Of a stretch of DNA of 64,000 nucleotides, positions 38,349-50,700 are shown one piece after another. The translations under genes and the position numbers were made by a program. Below the pieces are notes generated by a model. It was not told the origin of the DNA. It did not search any database and was given only the letters and a program-made list of their open reading frames with translations. The stretch comes from Bugula neritina (taxonomy: Eukaryota > Animalia > Bryozoa), in the NCBI GenBank assembly GCA_964035545.1, contig OZ037765.1, forward strand, positions 5,900,698 to 5,964,697. The letters run 5' to 3'. The stretch's first letter is position 1. Each line of letters begins with the position of its first letter.

Positions 38349-41300
38349 CTACATTTGAGCTGCATGTTCCACTCCATAATCTTCATAGAGTATCATACAG
38401 TTCAAATATTCACTGAGAGATGTGAACGTATCTTTTATAAAATCTTTTGTATCGGAAGTTTCATTTTGGCTCATGTTGAAACTAATGTTGAGTCCATTAA
38501 ACAATAAGGTCCGCCCTCGTTTCCGTACCAAACTTTCTGCAAGATCTCGTAAAAACCTCCCACTTAAATAGTTTGAGCTGAAAATAGAAAAAACATGGTA
38601 CAATTTCGAAGATGGTTCAAGGAAAGGTAAGTGAAGTAATAGAGAAATTGGGGAAAGCCTGTGTTTTAAGTGAGAAATATAGTAAAAGAAGCTATGTGTC
38701 CAGGAAAACTTCAATCTGCACCCTAACCAAAGATTTATAGAGGACTAAAGAAATTCAACTATAGAAATGTCTCCGTTACCACACAGGTTCAAATAAAAGT
38801 TGCATTAGTGAATCATGTTTTACTGAGTTATCTCCCTCGGCGCTTGTACAAAAGAATAGGTATGAGAAGGAAGATGAACTGAAATCATGCCAGTCTCGCA
38901 GCAGTAAATGTGCCAAAAGTAGAAGGAAAATTTTATGACCTCTTACATGGAGAATGTGAGAACTTCAACAAACCAAAAGATACGAAGACAGGTAGGTATA
39001 GAATATGAGGGTATTGTGTAGAGGTGAGTATAGCAAACGCAATATCCTTCAAGAGACATGCTATTTTTATCTCTACTTTGAAGCCAAGAATTCATGGAGC
39101 ATATGATGAAAGAAATATATGCAAATGAAGAAATTTGTAAAATATTGGTAACACATGTAGATATATTTTACTAAATTCAACAGCCCAAATGCATTTTCTA
39201 AAATTTCAAGACAGAGTAATGCCATGCATAGAAGAGTTATATAAAATTGAATACTCTAGTATGACTATTGCAAAATAAATCATTTTAAATATCTTCCATC
39301 AATTATCCCAAAAGAAAAAAATAAAAAAAAAATTATTTTTTAGTAATAATACAAATACTACAATTAACAGAATTTTAAGTTTTTCTAAAATAAACAACTA
39401 TTTCTAAAAAAAAAGATATCTGTTTTCAGCACGTGTACGCGTCGTGTATTGAATCCCACTAATAATTGGCAAATCAACTGCCTAAATAGTATCAAAGTGA
39501 ATCATTTATAACCTGGTACATTGATAATAGTAGGTATATTATTCCTTCTAGTATAATATACATATATACATGATATCTTACAGCCAACCGTGCCTAGCTC
39601 AGTAACACACATCTAGCTAGCAGTACTACAAGTACCTGATGTCGAGGCGATGCAACATGGGACGAGTGGTCAATAGTTTAATTATTAAATCTTTAAGCTC
39701 CACTATGTCACCTACAGAATAGAGCAAACTAATGTACAACTCTTCAGACAGTTACTATCTGTATGTGTCATAGACATGTGTATATGTGACAGGTGACACA
39801 TGTGCCCCTGAATCAGCTACTAGACATGTAGAGTGACAGACTGAACAAATCTATTTATACAAATAGCCAGCTGATGTATGAGTAAAAGTACAAGACTAGA
39901 CAGCTAATGACATCAGAAAACTATTATGCAATAACAGCTCTTACCAATTCTATTCTCAGAGATGTACAACTGGTTCAGGGAAGGCAACTCCCCCAGGGCA
40001 ATCAGCAGTCGAGTTTTTACTACAAGTCGGACAAAATTGTGGTGTTAAGAGTTTATCTATGGTATGAAACATAGTGAGAATGATAGACTACGTATCAGTG
40101 ATTAAACTTAATGCATTTGTAAAATGATACCAAGTTCCATTCAAAATGTGAGTTTTTGGGAAATGGTTTATTGCTGAAAAGTTCTATTAGTTTTTATTAT
40201 ATTTATAATAATTCCTAACACATAATTTTAAGTCAACTTTGAAAAAAAACTGCTGCTTTATTTTATGAATGGAATAAGGTTTGCTAATATATTAGTGAAA
40301 ATAAAATATAAGAATAATATATTTTTAGTGCAGATTTTTTAGAATTAAAACTAAATTGACCTGTTGAAACACTTACTAAAGTTTTCAGTGAACCCACAGA
40401 GAGAAGCAGAGATGGTTTGAAATAGTCTATTATTTGTGAGCATGTATATAAAGGCATCTTCAACCACTTGTCCAGTTAGTTTGTTGAAATCAACAACCAA
40501 CTCAGTGATCGTGCTGTCTGTAAAAGCAAATTATAAACTAGCCACCAAAGATATCTGAAAATAACTACTCCATTTGTGAACATGATACAAATGATGGGAC
40601 ATTATAACATTACACTAGCCGATTATAGAGTGGAGGAAAAACTGTGCTGTATAATAATAACTAGCCACTGGAATTACTTCAGCGCAGTCATTGCCCAACA
40701 CTAAGGTAACGATTGCAAGCATTGCACAATTATTGTGGTACCGCCAGGTTAACCAGGCAAAGTATGAACTATGTTACGAAAATAACTAGAAGATATAGAT
40801 GGTGATGTGATGTACCGCCAATAGAACGCAGCAAGTAGGCTGTTGACTCTCCATTTAACAACCGACAGCAGTTGAGATTTAGTGACCTCAAAGCTTGATC
40901 TCGTTTGATATACTCGGCAAATGTGTTGGTGCTAGTAGTGTCACCGAGAGAAGAGAAACTTAGGTCCAGCTTTGTGATGCCACGGAACTGCGCCACTAAA
41001 ATAAAGGCAGGTGCAGCAAGTAAAAACATGCACTAGAACTTTAAAAATAGGCCACTATAGTTGATTGACAAATTGATAAGCCTAAAAGGACTAGGGAATG
41101 CAGTTAAAAAATCTTACACAGAAGAAATATAACAAGATTATACCTGCAGAAATTTCTTGAGTAAAGTTACCGACAAATGGGTGACCGATACCAATCATTG
41201 TCAATTTTTTCATCACTATACTATCATATCTGAAATATAAACATAGCAAGAAATGAGTTTAACAGAAAAGCTGTTGACCACAAAATTAAGAACTGTCGCT

Positions 41301-44300
41301 ATAGCTTCAACTATATTGACATTCTACTTTAAATCACGAAAGTACAAAATAAATATGAAAACTACAGAAATTAGTTAAACTCAAAATTGAGCCACAATCA
41401 CATTTATTTTCAGCTCTGATAAAAATAACATATAGAAGCATAACATTATTACTTGAGTAGAACCCGGAGAATTTCAATAAAAAGTTTCATTGGATTCGTA
41501 AACTGTGTGTCCTCAAAACAGATCTGCCTCAGCGTATGTTTCGATATTAGATGGAGAATAGTCGGCAGAAAGATATCAACATCAAAAATATCTGCAAATA
41601 CATGTGAAACACAATAAAAAAATATTCTTAACTAGAGAATGCAGTCACACTTGCTTCAAAGAACAGCTATTAAACAAATTCAAACAATGAATCATAAATA
41701 AAGTGTACTTTTATTATCTTTTAGATTTACTTTTAAACCCATTTGTCCAACACTGAGCTCCACATCAAATTGCATATATTTACTTGATCGCGAAATAATA
41801 TTAGATGGGAGTTATCTTCTTTTTCTGTCACCATTTCAAAGACTAATCTTTGGGAGTTTTATTGAAGAAAAACAATTTAAAAAATGACTATGAAACTATA
41901 AGATGCACACTTTGTGATAGAAACATTTCCTATGATTTTAACAAACTACTTGTTTAGAAGAGGCTTAAAAAGTATAAAATGATTAAACATTCACTTAAAA
42001 ATTACAAACACTTTTGAAATACTTGAACAAAAATAACATCACTAACTGAGAGAGGATAGCTTGAGGCTCTGTAAGGAGACCCATCGAGGCATAAGGGTTT
42101 CGGCCAGGAACTTGTGAACTGCTGGATTCTGTGTCATCAGAAACGAACTAATGCTGACATGAGTTGCAGCTTTAACTTCCTGGACGGCTGCACACTCCAT
42201 CACCAAATTTTCATTCGCCTGGTCTTCTAAAATAGGCCCAGCCACTGCATAATCATACATGTCATAAGGATTCCAAGAGAGTGTGTCTTCTTCAACTAGC
42301 TCGTCATTAATAGGAGTCAGGCCGGGTAACTAGAGTGAGAAGAACATAACATTCAGTATGCAGACGACATTCGAATCACAGTTCACACAATGAAACTGAT
42401 CTAAAGCAATATATATTTGTAACCAATATTTTTAGAGTTGTATGGTATCACATAGAAAGTCAAATTCACCTGGAGACCAGCAATGAGTGTGAGTATATCT
42501 ACAGAATATTTAGGAGGCAAGGAGCACCTCTGTGGCTGCCATATTGTATGCAGATCCAAAATGTTTCCATGTTTTACAAAGTGTTCAATTGTATCTCTCA
42601 TGATGCGGTAGTCGTGCAGGAACACCAGACGTATGCAAACCACCGAATCTATCAGCAGATCTAATACATCTTTAAACAGTGAGCTTGTGAGGACTTTACT
42701 TCGGAATATCTGCCAACAGAAAGTCATATATTTAATACTATCCAGTTACAGCGTCAAAGTTATCTCCCCAGTAAATAGTAATTTGAAAAGATAACTCTAA
42801 TATAATGCATTCAAATAACCTTATGAATTAACATAAAAATATGACTAAAAACAGACCACCTAAGAGAATTGAAAATTAGCAATGACTATTTTTATAGAAA
42901 AAGCTCAAACTTTCGGGCAATAAATAGTGCCCAGCCGTCTACAGAGTAATTAGAAAGAAAATATTGACATAAATTCATTGAAAAGTTGGGCAAATAGAAT
43001 AAAATGCTTACTCGTAACGACTTGACAAAAGGGGCACAGAGCAGCATATCTGACTTGATTTGCTCCATTTTAACATGAGGGCAAATCTTGTCCTTACCCT
43101 CCTCTACTGTGTCAACATTCACCTCTAGCACACCTGTGAACAAAGCATTGTCATCTATACACACAACAAAATGTATCTGGAACAAACTTTGCGACAACGG
43201 CATTGAAAGACATCATAAGCTGCAGAGAAAGTTAATAGTGATATGATAAAGCTCGTCAAATCTCAACCGTCATTAAATTATGATCAGTAAAATATTATAC
43301 ACTTGTTTGCTAATTTAATGAAAACTACATAACAAATCTCTCATCAAAACACCTCATTATTCCACAAAAAATTATCAGCATGCAAGCATTTGCTTGCTTA
43401 CTATGAAGCTTTAGTATAACGTCGAATAACTTGAAAGATAAATTACCTACCCCGGTGTAAAAGTATTGTGATTTTATTAGCATCTTCTAGAAGGAGATGA
43501 AAATGGTCTTCTAGAAAGATGCGTCTAAAATCTCCGTCTGTCTTAGAAATAACACAAAACTGATTCTCACTGGAGTCTCCAATCCTGAACATGCGGCGGT
43601 AATAAAGTGCAAAGTGCTTTGCGTACTGAGACAGCCATATGTCCTGATTTTGCTCTGCAATAGGAGAATTAGAGAAACGTGCGATACAGTTGTGAAACAT
43701 AGCCTTCGTTCCTTGCTTTCTACTTATATTTATTGTATATGTGTATTGCACATATACACACATTTTAACATGTACACATATATTGTTGTAGAGAAGAGTT
43801 GACTAGCAAAAAGTAAATAAAAAATGCTCAAATAATCTTGTATTAGATAATGTGTCATATGATTAGGTTGTTAAATTAATTTTTAGCTGATACAAGATAG
43901 TTATTGCACTACTATCAGTTTCCCATTACCTTACCATTAACCAGTCGCAGTGATGATAAAGAAATGGGGATGTAATGTTAGCACTAGAGCAAAAGAGGAA
44001 ATACTGAACAATATTTAGCAACTATGTTATTTAAACTATGATGAATTTTAGGTGTTTGGTTGAAATATATTTATATATAAAATCAGTGTGTCTGGAAATG
44101 CAGTGTCCGTATTTTTAAACTATAGATTTATTGTAAATTTACATTTAATTGCATATACACAAGTAAAAATTACAATAATATTACGATGCATTGAAATTTT
44201 ACCTAGAGGAGTGCCTAAAGCTACCTCTAACCTACGTAGATGAAGGGGACTCAATTGATACCCAAGAAATTTGAGTACAGGGCGAGGCAAACCTACAAAC

Positions 44301-45063
44301 AGAATTAACATTTAAACAAGAAAAGTCAAGTAACAATTTGCATTAGTAATGAATAGATTGGATATATTTTCCAAATAAAGTCAAATTATGATCATAGGAG
44401 ATATTGGAAATTAAAACACTCAAAGGATATCTTATAATGTACGAACTTTTAGAACAGTTTGATATTTTTTAGATGCACTCTCTGTTAAATACCATATGAT
44501 TATTTACCAGCTTATTGCTCAATAGCCGGTTGCAGTGCCGGTTAAAATACAGAACAAACAAGCTTATCAAGAAATCGCAAATAAAAGGCCCTGTTTAGAG
44601 CTTTGAATGGTGGGTCAAACTGCGAAATACATAGCTTACATGGTGTAAACTAATTTTAAATTATAAATGTTATTTATTAAATTACAAGATGCAGAGTAAA
44701 ACCTGACAGAGAAAAATCTTTGAACCACATATTAACAAGGCCAAGAAAATAAATTTCCTTTGCCAACAGAAAACATTTTAAATTCTAATAGCTTTTCAAC
44801 TAGATCTGAAAAATTGTATTGCAATTAAACCATAAAGTTTAGCATAGATAAATTGCAAAAATAAATCAATAAAATTAACAAATAAAGTGAAGGATAAGCT
44901 GAACTAGAATTGATAAGCTGAACTTCAATTACATAATATAAGAGCAGTTATGCAAGTTTTGAAAAATTATTTATTACTTACATTTTATACGCTCTACACT
45001 GAATTTGCAGAAATTGTTGGCTATATACTGTGAGCATATATCTTGCAGACTAGAAACTTGCAT
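38349..45063 (-). CDS. LRRC41: LRRC41/MUF1-like Elongin BC-box leucine-rich-repeat protein, ~13 exons
   Basis: Approximate exons: 45063-44982, 44291-44202, 43654-43451, 43219-43012, 42709-42470, 42328-42046, 41591-41453, 41229-41144, 40995-40816, 40517-40377, 40019-39945, 39711-39636, 38577-38349. BC box SLQDICSQYI, cullin-box-like LPRPVL, FRRIFLEDHFHLL, RI-like LRRs (ITKLDLSFSSL, LRSLNLNCCRL, LNQLYISENRI, LHRLDISSNYL). Orthology inferred from architecture. Confidence 0.75.
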
Positions 45064-45169
45064 GCCTAATCACAAAAGTGGTCTCATTTCTTTGTCCTTT
45101 TAACTAAAAAATAGTAAAAATATGTTCATTATAAGAGAACTAACTTGGTCCCCTGTAGGCGACATTTAG

Positions 45170-45595
45170 ATAACAATACTATTGAACTTGATTAACTCAT
45201 TAACTAATACAATAAATGATTGAGAATAGCCTAATGTTATAAAAAATACCACTATTATTCATAGTAATAATGATGATCCTAAATAAGTAAATTCATAGTG
45301 ATAATAATAGTATTATTAATGAGTAATAATATTTATATTATTATTGTGATCATGATAAACTTAAAGTGAATAAAATTCACTGATTAGATTTAGTGATGAC
45401 CGCTACGGTTATCACTCTATGATTTGGATTATCAATACTGCTATCAACATCATTATGATAATCATAATCATAATGATTATCATTATATTTATGATAACCA
45501 GTACCAGTATGAGTCTGGGTATCACTATCATTATGATTATCATAATCATTAATGATTATGAATAGTATTAAAAACTATTAGTTTAATGACTAACC
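45170..45595. repeat. Cryptic period-6 low-complexity tract
   Basis: gataat cataat cataat gattat cattat; cagtac cagtat gagtct gggtat cactat cattat. Confidence 0.7.
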
Positions 45596-46279
45596 AGCAG
45601 CTCTACCTGCCGTACTTGGAAACATATTAGAGTAGCATTGTCAAGCTAATTTTAAAGTGATTAACAATATTTGAGAATATTTTGAATTGGAAAAAATAAC
45701 CTCTTTGTGAATATAATTACTGTGCTCAAAAAGTTTTCAACAGTGAAATCCAAAACCTGGATATTAAATTAAGTAGACTGATATGTGCGCACAGTCTCTA
45801 AAAGAAAAATTAATTTACAGGAGACGGTTTTGTGTACCTGTCATTATTAAGTTTTAGACTATGCACAATTTTAATCATGAGTACACAACTCTGAAACAAC
45901 AGTTGGAACATAAAACATGATCTGCAACTACATGTATTTTAATTTAATTAACTAAGTTGACACAATATTTCTATGATTAACTACTTTTCACGTAATTGAG
46001 AAAGGCAACTCTGAAAAATTTATTATAAACCTAAATGGTAACACAGGGGTCAATCTGGCACAGTTGAGAAATATCCTAGATAATGCTATTTTTTCCATTT
46101 ACGAAAACTACATTGTTTTATATAAAAAAAGGAGCTCTTGGTTTCAAACACCAAAGTAACCAATCTAATATTTTTCACAAAAAAGGCCAATACTAATGGC
46201 TGGTAAAAATCAATATGCAATATACATGATTATAAAAATTACCGGGTGAAATTTTCAGCTAGCAAATGTATGCTTACAA

Positions 46280-46640
46280 ACTTACCGAAAAATCTTAAAA
46301 GGTAAAGAGTTATCTACCCGCACGTTTGTGTAGATATCAAGAATTTTAGCGGGAAGATAAATTAGCAGACAAGCAACTGACATGCCATGTTAGATTCGTG
46401 AAGGCTTCCATTGGTTCAAACTTTTCAAAATATTAATATTGATATTGTCAAATATATTTTTAAACTGTGATTCGTGAAAGGCTATATAAGCACACTATTG
46501 TTCTTAAAATTAGCCTTTTGACTTTAAAAGTATTATTATTTAAAAATGCTAAGCATTTTCATTTTGATTTTATTTTTACTCAAAATTTACTTGTAGTTTT
46601 AATAATTTTGAAGCGGTAATGCTTATGCTAACCGTAACTG
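46280..46640. promoter_or_regulatory. Putative bidirectional promoter for the LRRC41-like gene and REC8
   Basis: Head-to-head genes; GCGGGAA 46349, ATTGG 46410, TTCAAA 46415 and 46424, TATATAA 46483; outward-facing donor-like sites at 46285 (-) and 46617 (+); REC8 ATG is preceded by an acceptor at 47734. Confidence 0.4.
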
Positions 46641-46719
46641 TAAAACAAAATTATTCAAATTTTTATCAATCTGAATCTATGTTGATGCACATTACTCAAA
46701 TAATTATAATAAAACATGC

Positions 46720-47420
46720 TGAAGGTTATCATTTTACTTATATACTTCATAGTTCATTAGTTGTGGTTGTAGTCAAATAAAATTAAATGAAATTTAATTA
46801 ATATAAAACTAAGAGTAAGTATAGGCAATAGACTATAGAGTAATACTAATAAAACTAATACTAATTGTAATAATAGGTCAATAGTAGTACTAATAGTAAT
46901 AGACACTAAAATTCAACTATTGAATTTGATATGAAATTCAAATTGAATTATTTAACTTCAAGTTTAAGTATACCTTAAATTGAAGTTAAATTATTACTAT
47001 TACTATTACTAAGATTCAGATTGCTTCCACCATTTTCATATTATTATTGTAATTGTGGATTTAATAATTTAGGTAAAAGTTTTTCAACAATTATCTTAAT
47101 ACTAATAATAGTATTATCTTTATTCTTTAATAAATGTCAGAGTAAACTGTAAAGTTAAAGCCTACTACATGGTAGACTTAGCAGTTAACAGTTTGACTTC
47201 ATTCAGCAATAATAAATCACAATATTATTAAATTATAATGTGACTGTTAAGGACTGAGTGTTAAGGGCAGTGACTATTTAAAAGCTAAATGTTACATGTT
47301 GATGTTGAGCTTTCACTTTCAGGCAATTCACGTTGTCACAGTCATAATAATAATCTTGATAAGTAGATTGTCTATAAAATTGCTATTAGACTTAATAGTA
47401 ATGTATTAGTATTATTTGGG
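46720..47420. repeat. Cryptic period-6 low-complexity tract
   Basis: aaaact aagagt aagtat aggcaa tagact; tattac tattac tattac taagat tcagat. Confidence 0.65.
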
Positions 47421-47741
47421 TGAAAATTCTACATCACAATTCATATGTTGAAGCTATACAACAATTATATTATATGTTATTAAATATTGATAAATGGAAA
47501 TAAATAAATTATTATATCATACATTATTAAATATATATGATGGCTTTTCCTTGTATCAAAATAAATTTGCTAAGCATAGCATAGAATCTAGATCTTGAAA
47601 ATTATAAAAATAACAATGACTGTGGTCTGTGAGATGTATCCATGTAATTTATGTAAAACTTGTATGACCCGCTTTTGAACTACATAGTCCATATACTTGT
47701 GTTTAGTTTTATTAATATTCTGTTTGTTTTACAGAATAAAC

Positions 47742-50700
47742 ATGTTCTTTTGTCATGAAATACTGCAGAGGAGAAATGGGTCATTTGGCATCATTTGGCT
47801 CGCTGCTATGCAAAACAGATCACTAACCAGGAGAGAATATGAAAAAGTAAAAATATCTGAGAAATGGTAAGTTGATAAAGATGTGGGTTACTCATTTTAT
47901 TTTCATTATTTTTTTTAAATGATACTATATGTATTTACATTAGTTTTTAAATTACCTAAATGCTTTTTACATAGAAACTACAAAAATGTATTCTTTTCGT
48001 TTTTGTTTTATTTTCATTTCATCAATAAGTTTAAGGAGAAAGTAGAAAATATAGAAGATTATTGTCATTTAATAATCTTCTTGCATGTTGTATGTTTCAC
48101 TGTATATAAAAGCATAATAAAGTTCATGTGAAAATATTCTTTAAAAGAAAATTGTACATGTTTACTTCATGTATTGTACATATGCATATGGCATTTCTAA
48201 AAATTATGGTAGCAGAACTCTGCAGACATAAATTTTCACACTATTCAGATCATTTGTGTACTGTTATTAACTTGCTTTGGAGACGAGAGTCTAATTAACG
48301 TTGAAAATTTCATTATAGTAGCAATAATTGTTTTTCAAACAAAAATATCATCATAATAATCTTGGTTTACTAGACTCAAAAACTTTTTACACTTGATTTA
48401 TAAGAAAAATGAGAACTTGAAAATTATTTTAATAAAGCCTGCAAAATCAATGGCGCTATAAGTTATATCTTGATAAAATACAGGATGATCATGTGTTTAA
48501 TATTAGCTCAACGAAAATTTATTTTGTATTGCCTATTTTTGCTAAATACATATTTATCAGGTGAAATTGCTACCTTAATAATTAGAGGTACTTGCCCTTA
48601 ACAATACTAAAGCAAAATTTTGCTTCCACCTTTTTCTGCAAAATATATCTTACATAACTTTGCTTTTATAGATTTAGAATGATCAGCATGCATATTATAG
48701 AAAGCATACATGGACTAACAAATATACTTCAGCACATATAATATGACTAACTTTTTGTGATTTTCATCAACTTAGTTCAAACTTTTAGTTATTTTAACTT
48801 TATTTTTCAAACAACTGTTTAACAATGCTTTCGATGCTTTGTCATTCAATATAATTATTGAAATTAACTGCTTTCGTTTTATTAATAAATCGCATGTCAC
48901 TTTCCTTTTATCAATTAGTGGAGAGATTTTAAACTATATACTGGCAAGAGTAAAGACTTCCAGCGACCGTACAAGGCGATTTTCCTTATACCTTTCTGCC
49001 CAGCTCATGTACGGAACTGTCAAAGTCTTCTATGAACAAAACAAATACCTACTAAGTATGATAATAACAATAAGTTACTACCAATGCTTACTAACTGCAT
49101 CAAAAATTATAGATTGAGCAAGTTATGAACTTTTTAACAGCTAGAACGCTATATAGAACTTCATTCATTTCATTTTCAAAAACATTTAGCTGATTGTCTG
49201 GAAGCAGAAAGAAAGTTGAAAAGAGTTGTGATTCAAGACATATCAGTAATACCAGATGCCGCCTTGCTTAGCAAGCGAAGGCTGTGTGTGACTGAAGATT
49301 TCTCCGTAATCACTCCTTGTGTGTTGGATGACATGATACTCAACCCGCACATCAGACAGTGTGTTGTAAGGATGTAAAACTAGATTTATTATTGGACATT
49401 TTAACTGATTATATTCTTGTGAAACGCTGTTAGCTTGAGCATAACCATGCTAGCAGCTTTAAAGAGTTATTTATTTATTTAATTCCAACTCAAATATTAG
49501 TTATTTATATGATATAGTGATCATAATTACATTAATTTATAAATTGATCTCATTTAATAACCTTCAAGCAAATAGTAAATCAAATTTCTTATGTCAGTAG
49601 AAAAAATCATAAAAATTTAAAACTTATTTAATAAACATCTTTGCAGAATTTGTGTGTGTGTTCTCGCGCAGGTGTGTATGTATAAGTTTGTATTTCCAGG
49701 ACTTGTTGCAAGTATCTATTGACTTTCTGAGAGAATCTGAAGAAGAGATCGAGCAGTCATTGCAGTCTGTCAATCACTCTAAGAACACTGCTCCAGCTCA
49801 CGCCATCACCATGCAAGAGTCCTCTAGTCATAGCTCACACGTATTTCAGAACACACAGGTGCTTCCTTTATTATGTCTTGTTAATGCCATGTTATATAGT
49901 ATGTTGTATTGTGAATATATGACACCAGCTCTACTGTGTTACACACTTGTGGTATAATTCTTCCATCGTGACCAGCTCTAACTCCTAGAGAATAACATAT
50001 TATATATATATATATGTGGTTAAGACAATTTCTCTATGCAGAGTACCAGCATGAAAAAGTTGTTAAACACAGCTATCATATATAGAGTATTCACTTGTTC
50101 GCCTTGTAGCATCTTCTATTAGATGGTTTAATATTGTAGACTTTCTCTACACTGTCCTTAGCATTTTACTCTGAAAATACTAAAAAATTATCACTCTGAT
50201 TATATCTAACAATACCTCTAAGTGTTTTAATACGATGACATGTCTTTGCATGTAACAGTAGATATCCCTTGCCTCTTCTATGTATCCTAGCAGTTACAAC
50301 CTATTTTCCCAATTAGTGTTGATCTCTACTGTTCGTGCTTTTCCCTCATTTTCCATGCCAAGTGTAGTCCAGTTCTGTGTTGTATCTCATTTATTTCACA
50401 ACCTCTACCTTCTTTGTATGTAGCCCCTATACCTCTGCCTCCACAGCCTGGTTTTCCCACCTGCATGGATGTTATTCTAGTTAGTGCATATTCTATATTC
50501 TAATTTCATTAGAGCTTTTCTGTTGTTCAAACCTTTACTTACTTACTATGATGTAAATACACTGACGTCTAGACCTACAGCAGTATATGGCCATTTTACC
50601 ATTCGATAGTCATTATAATTTTACAAAGTTCACAGCATCTACATAGTTTATAAGAGAGCAAGACTATCTACAATAATTATCTTGTTATTTCCTGCACCCA

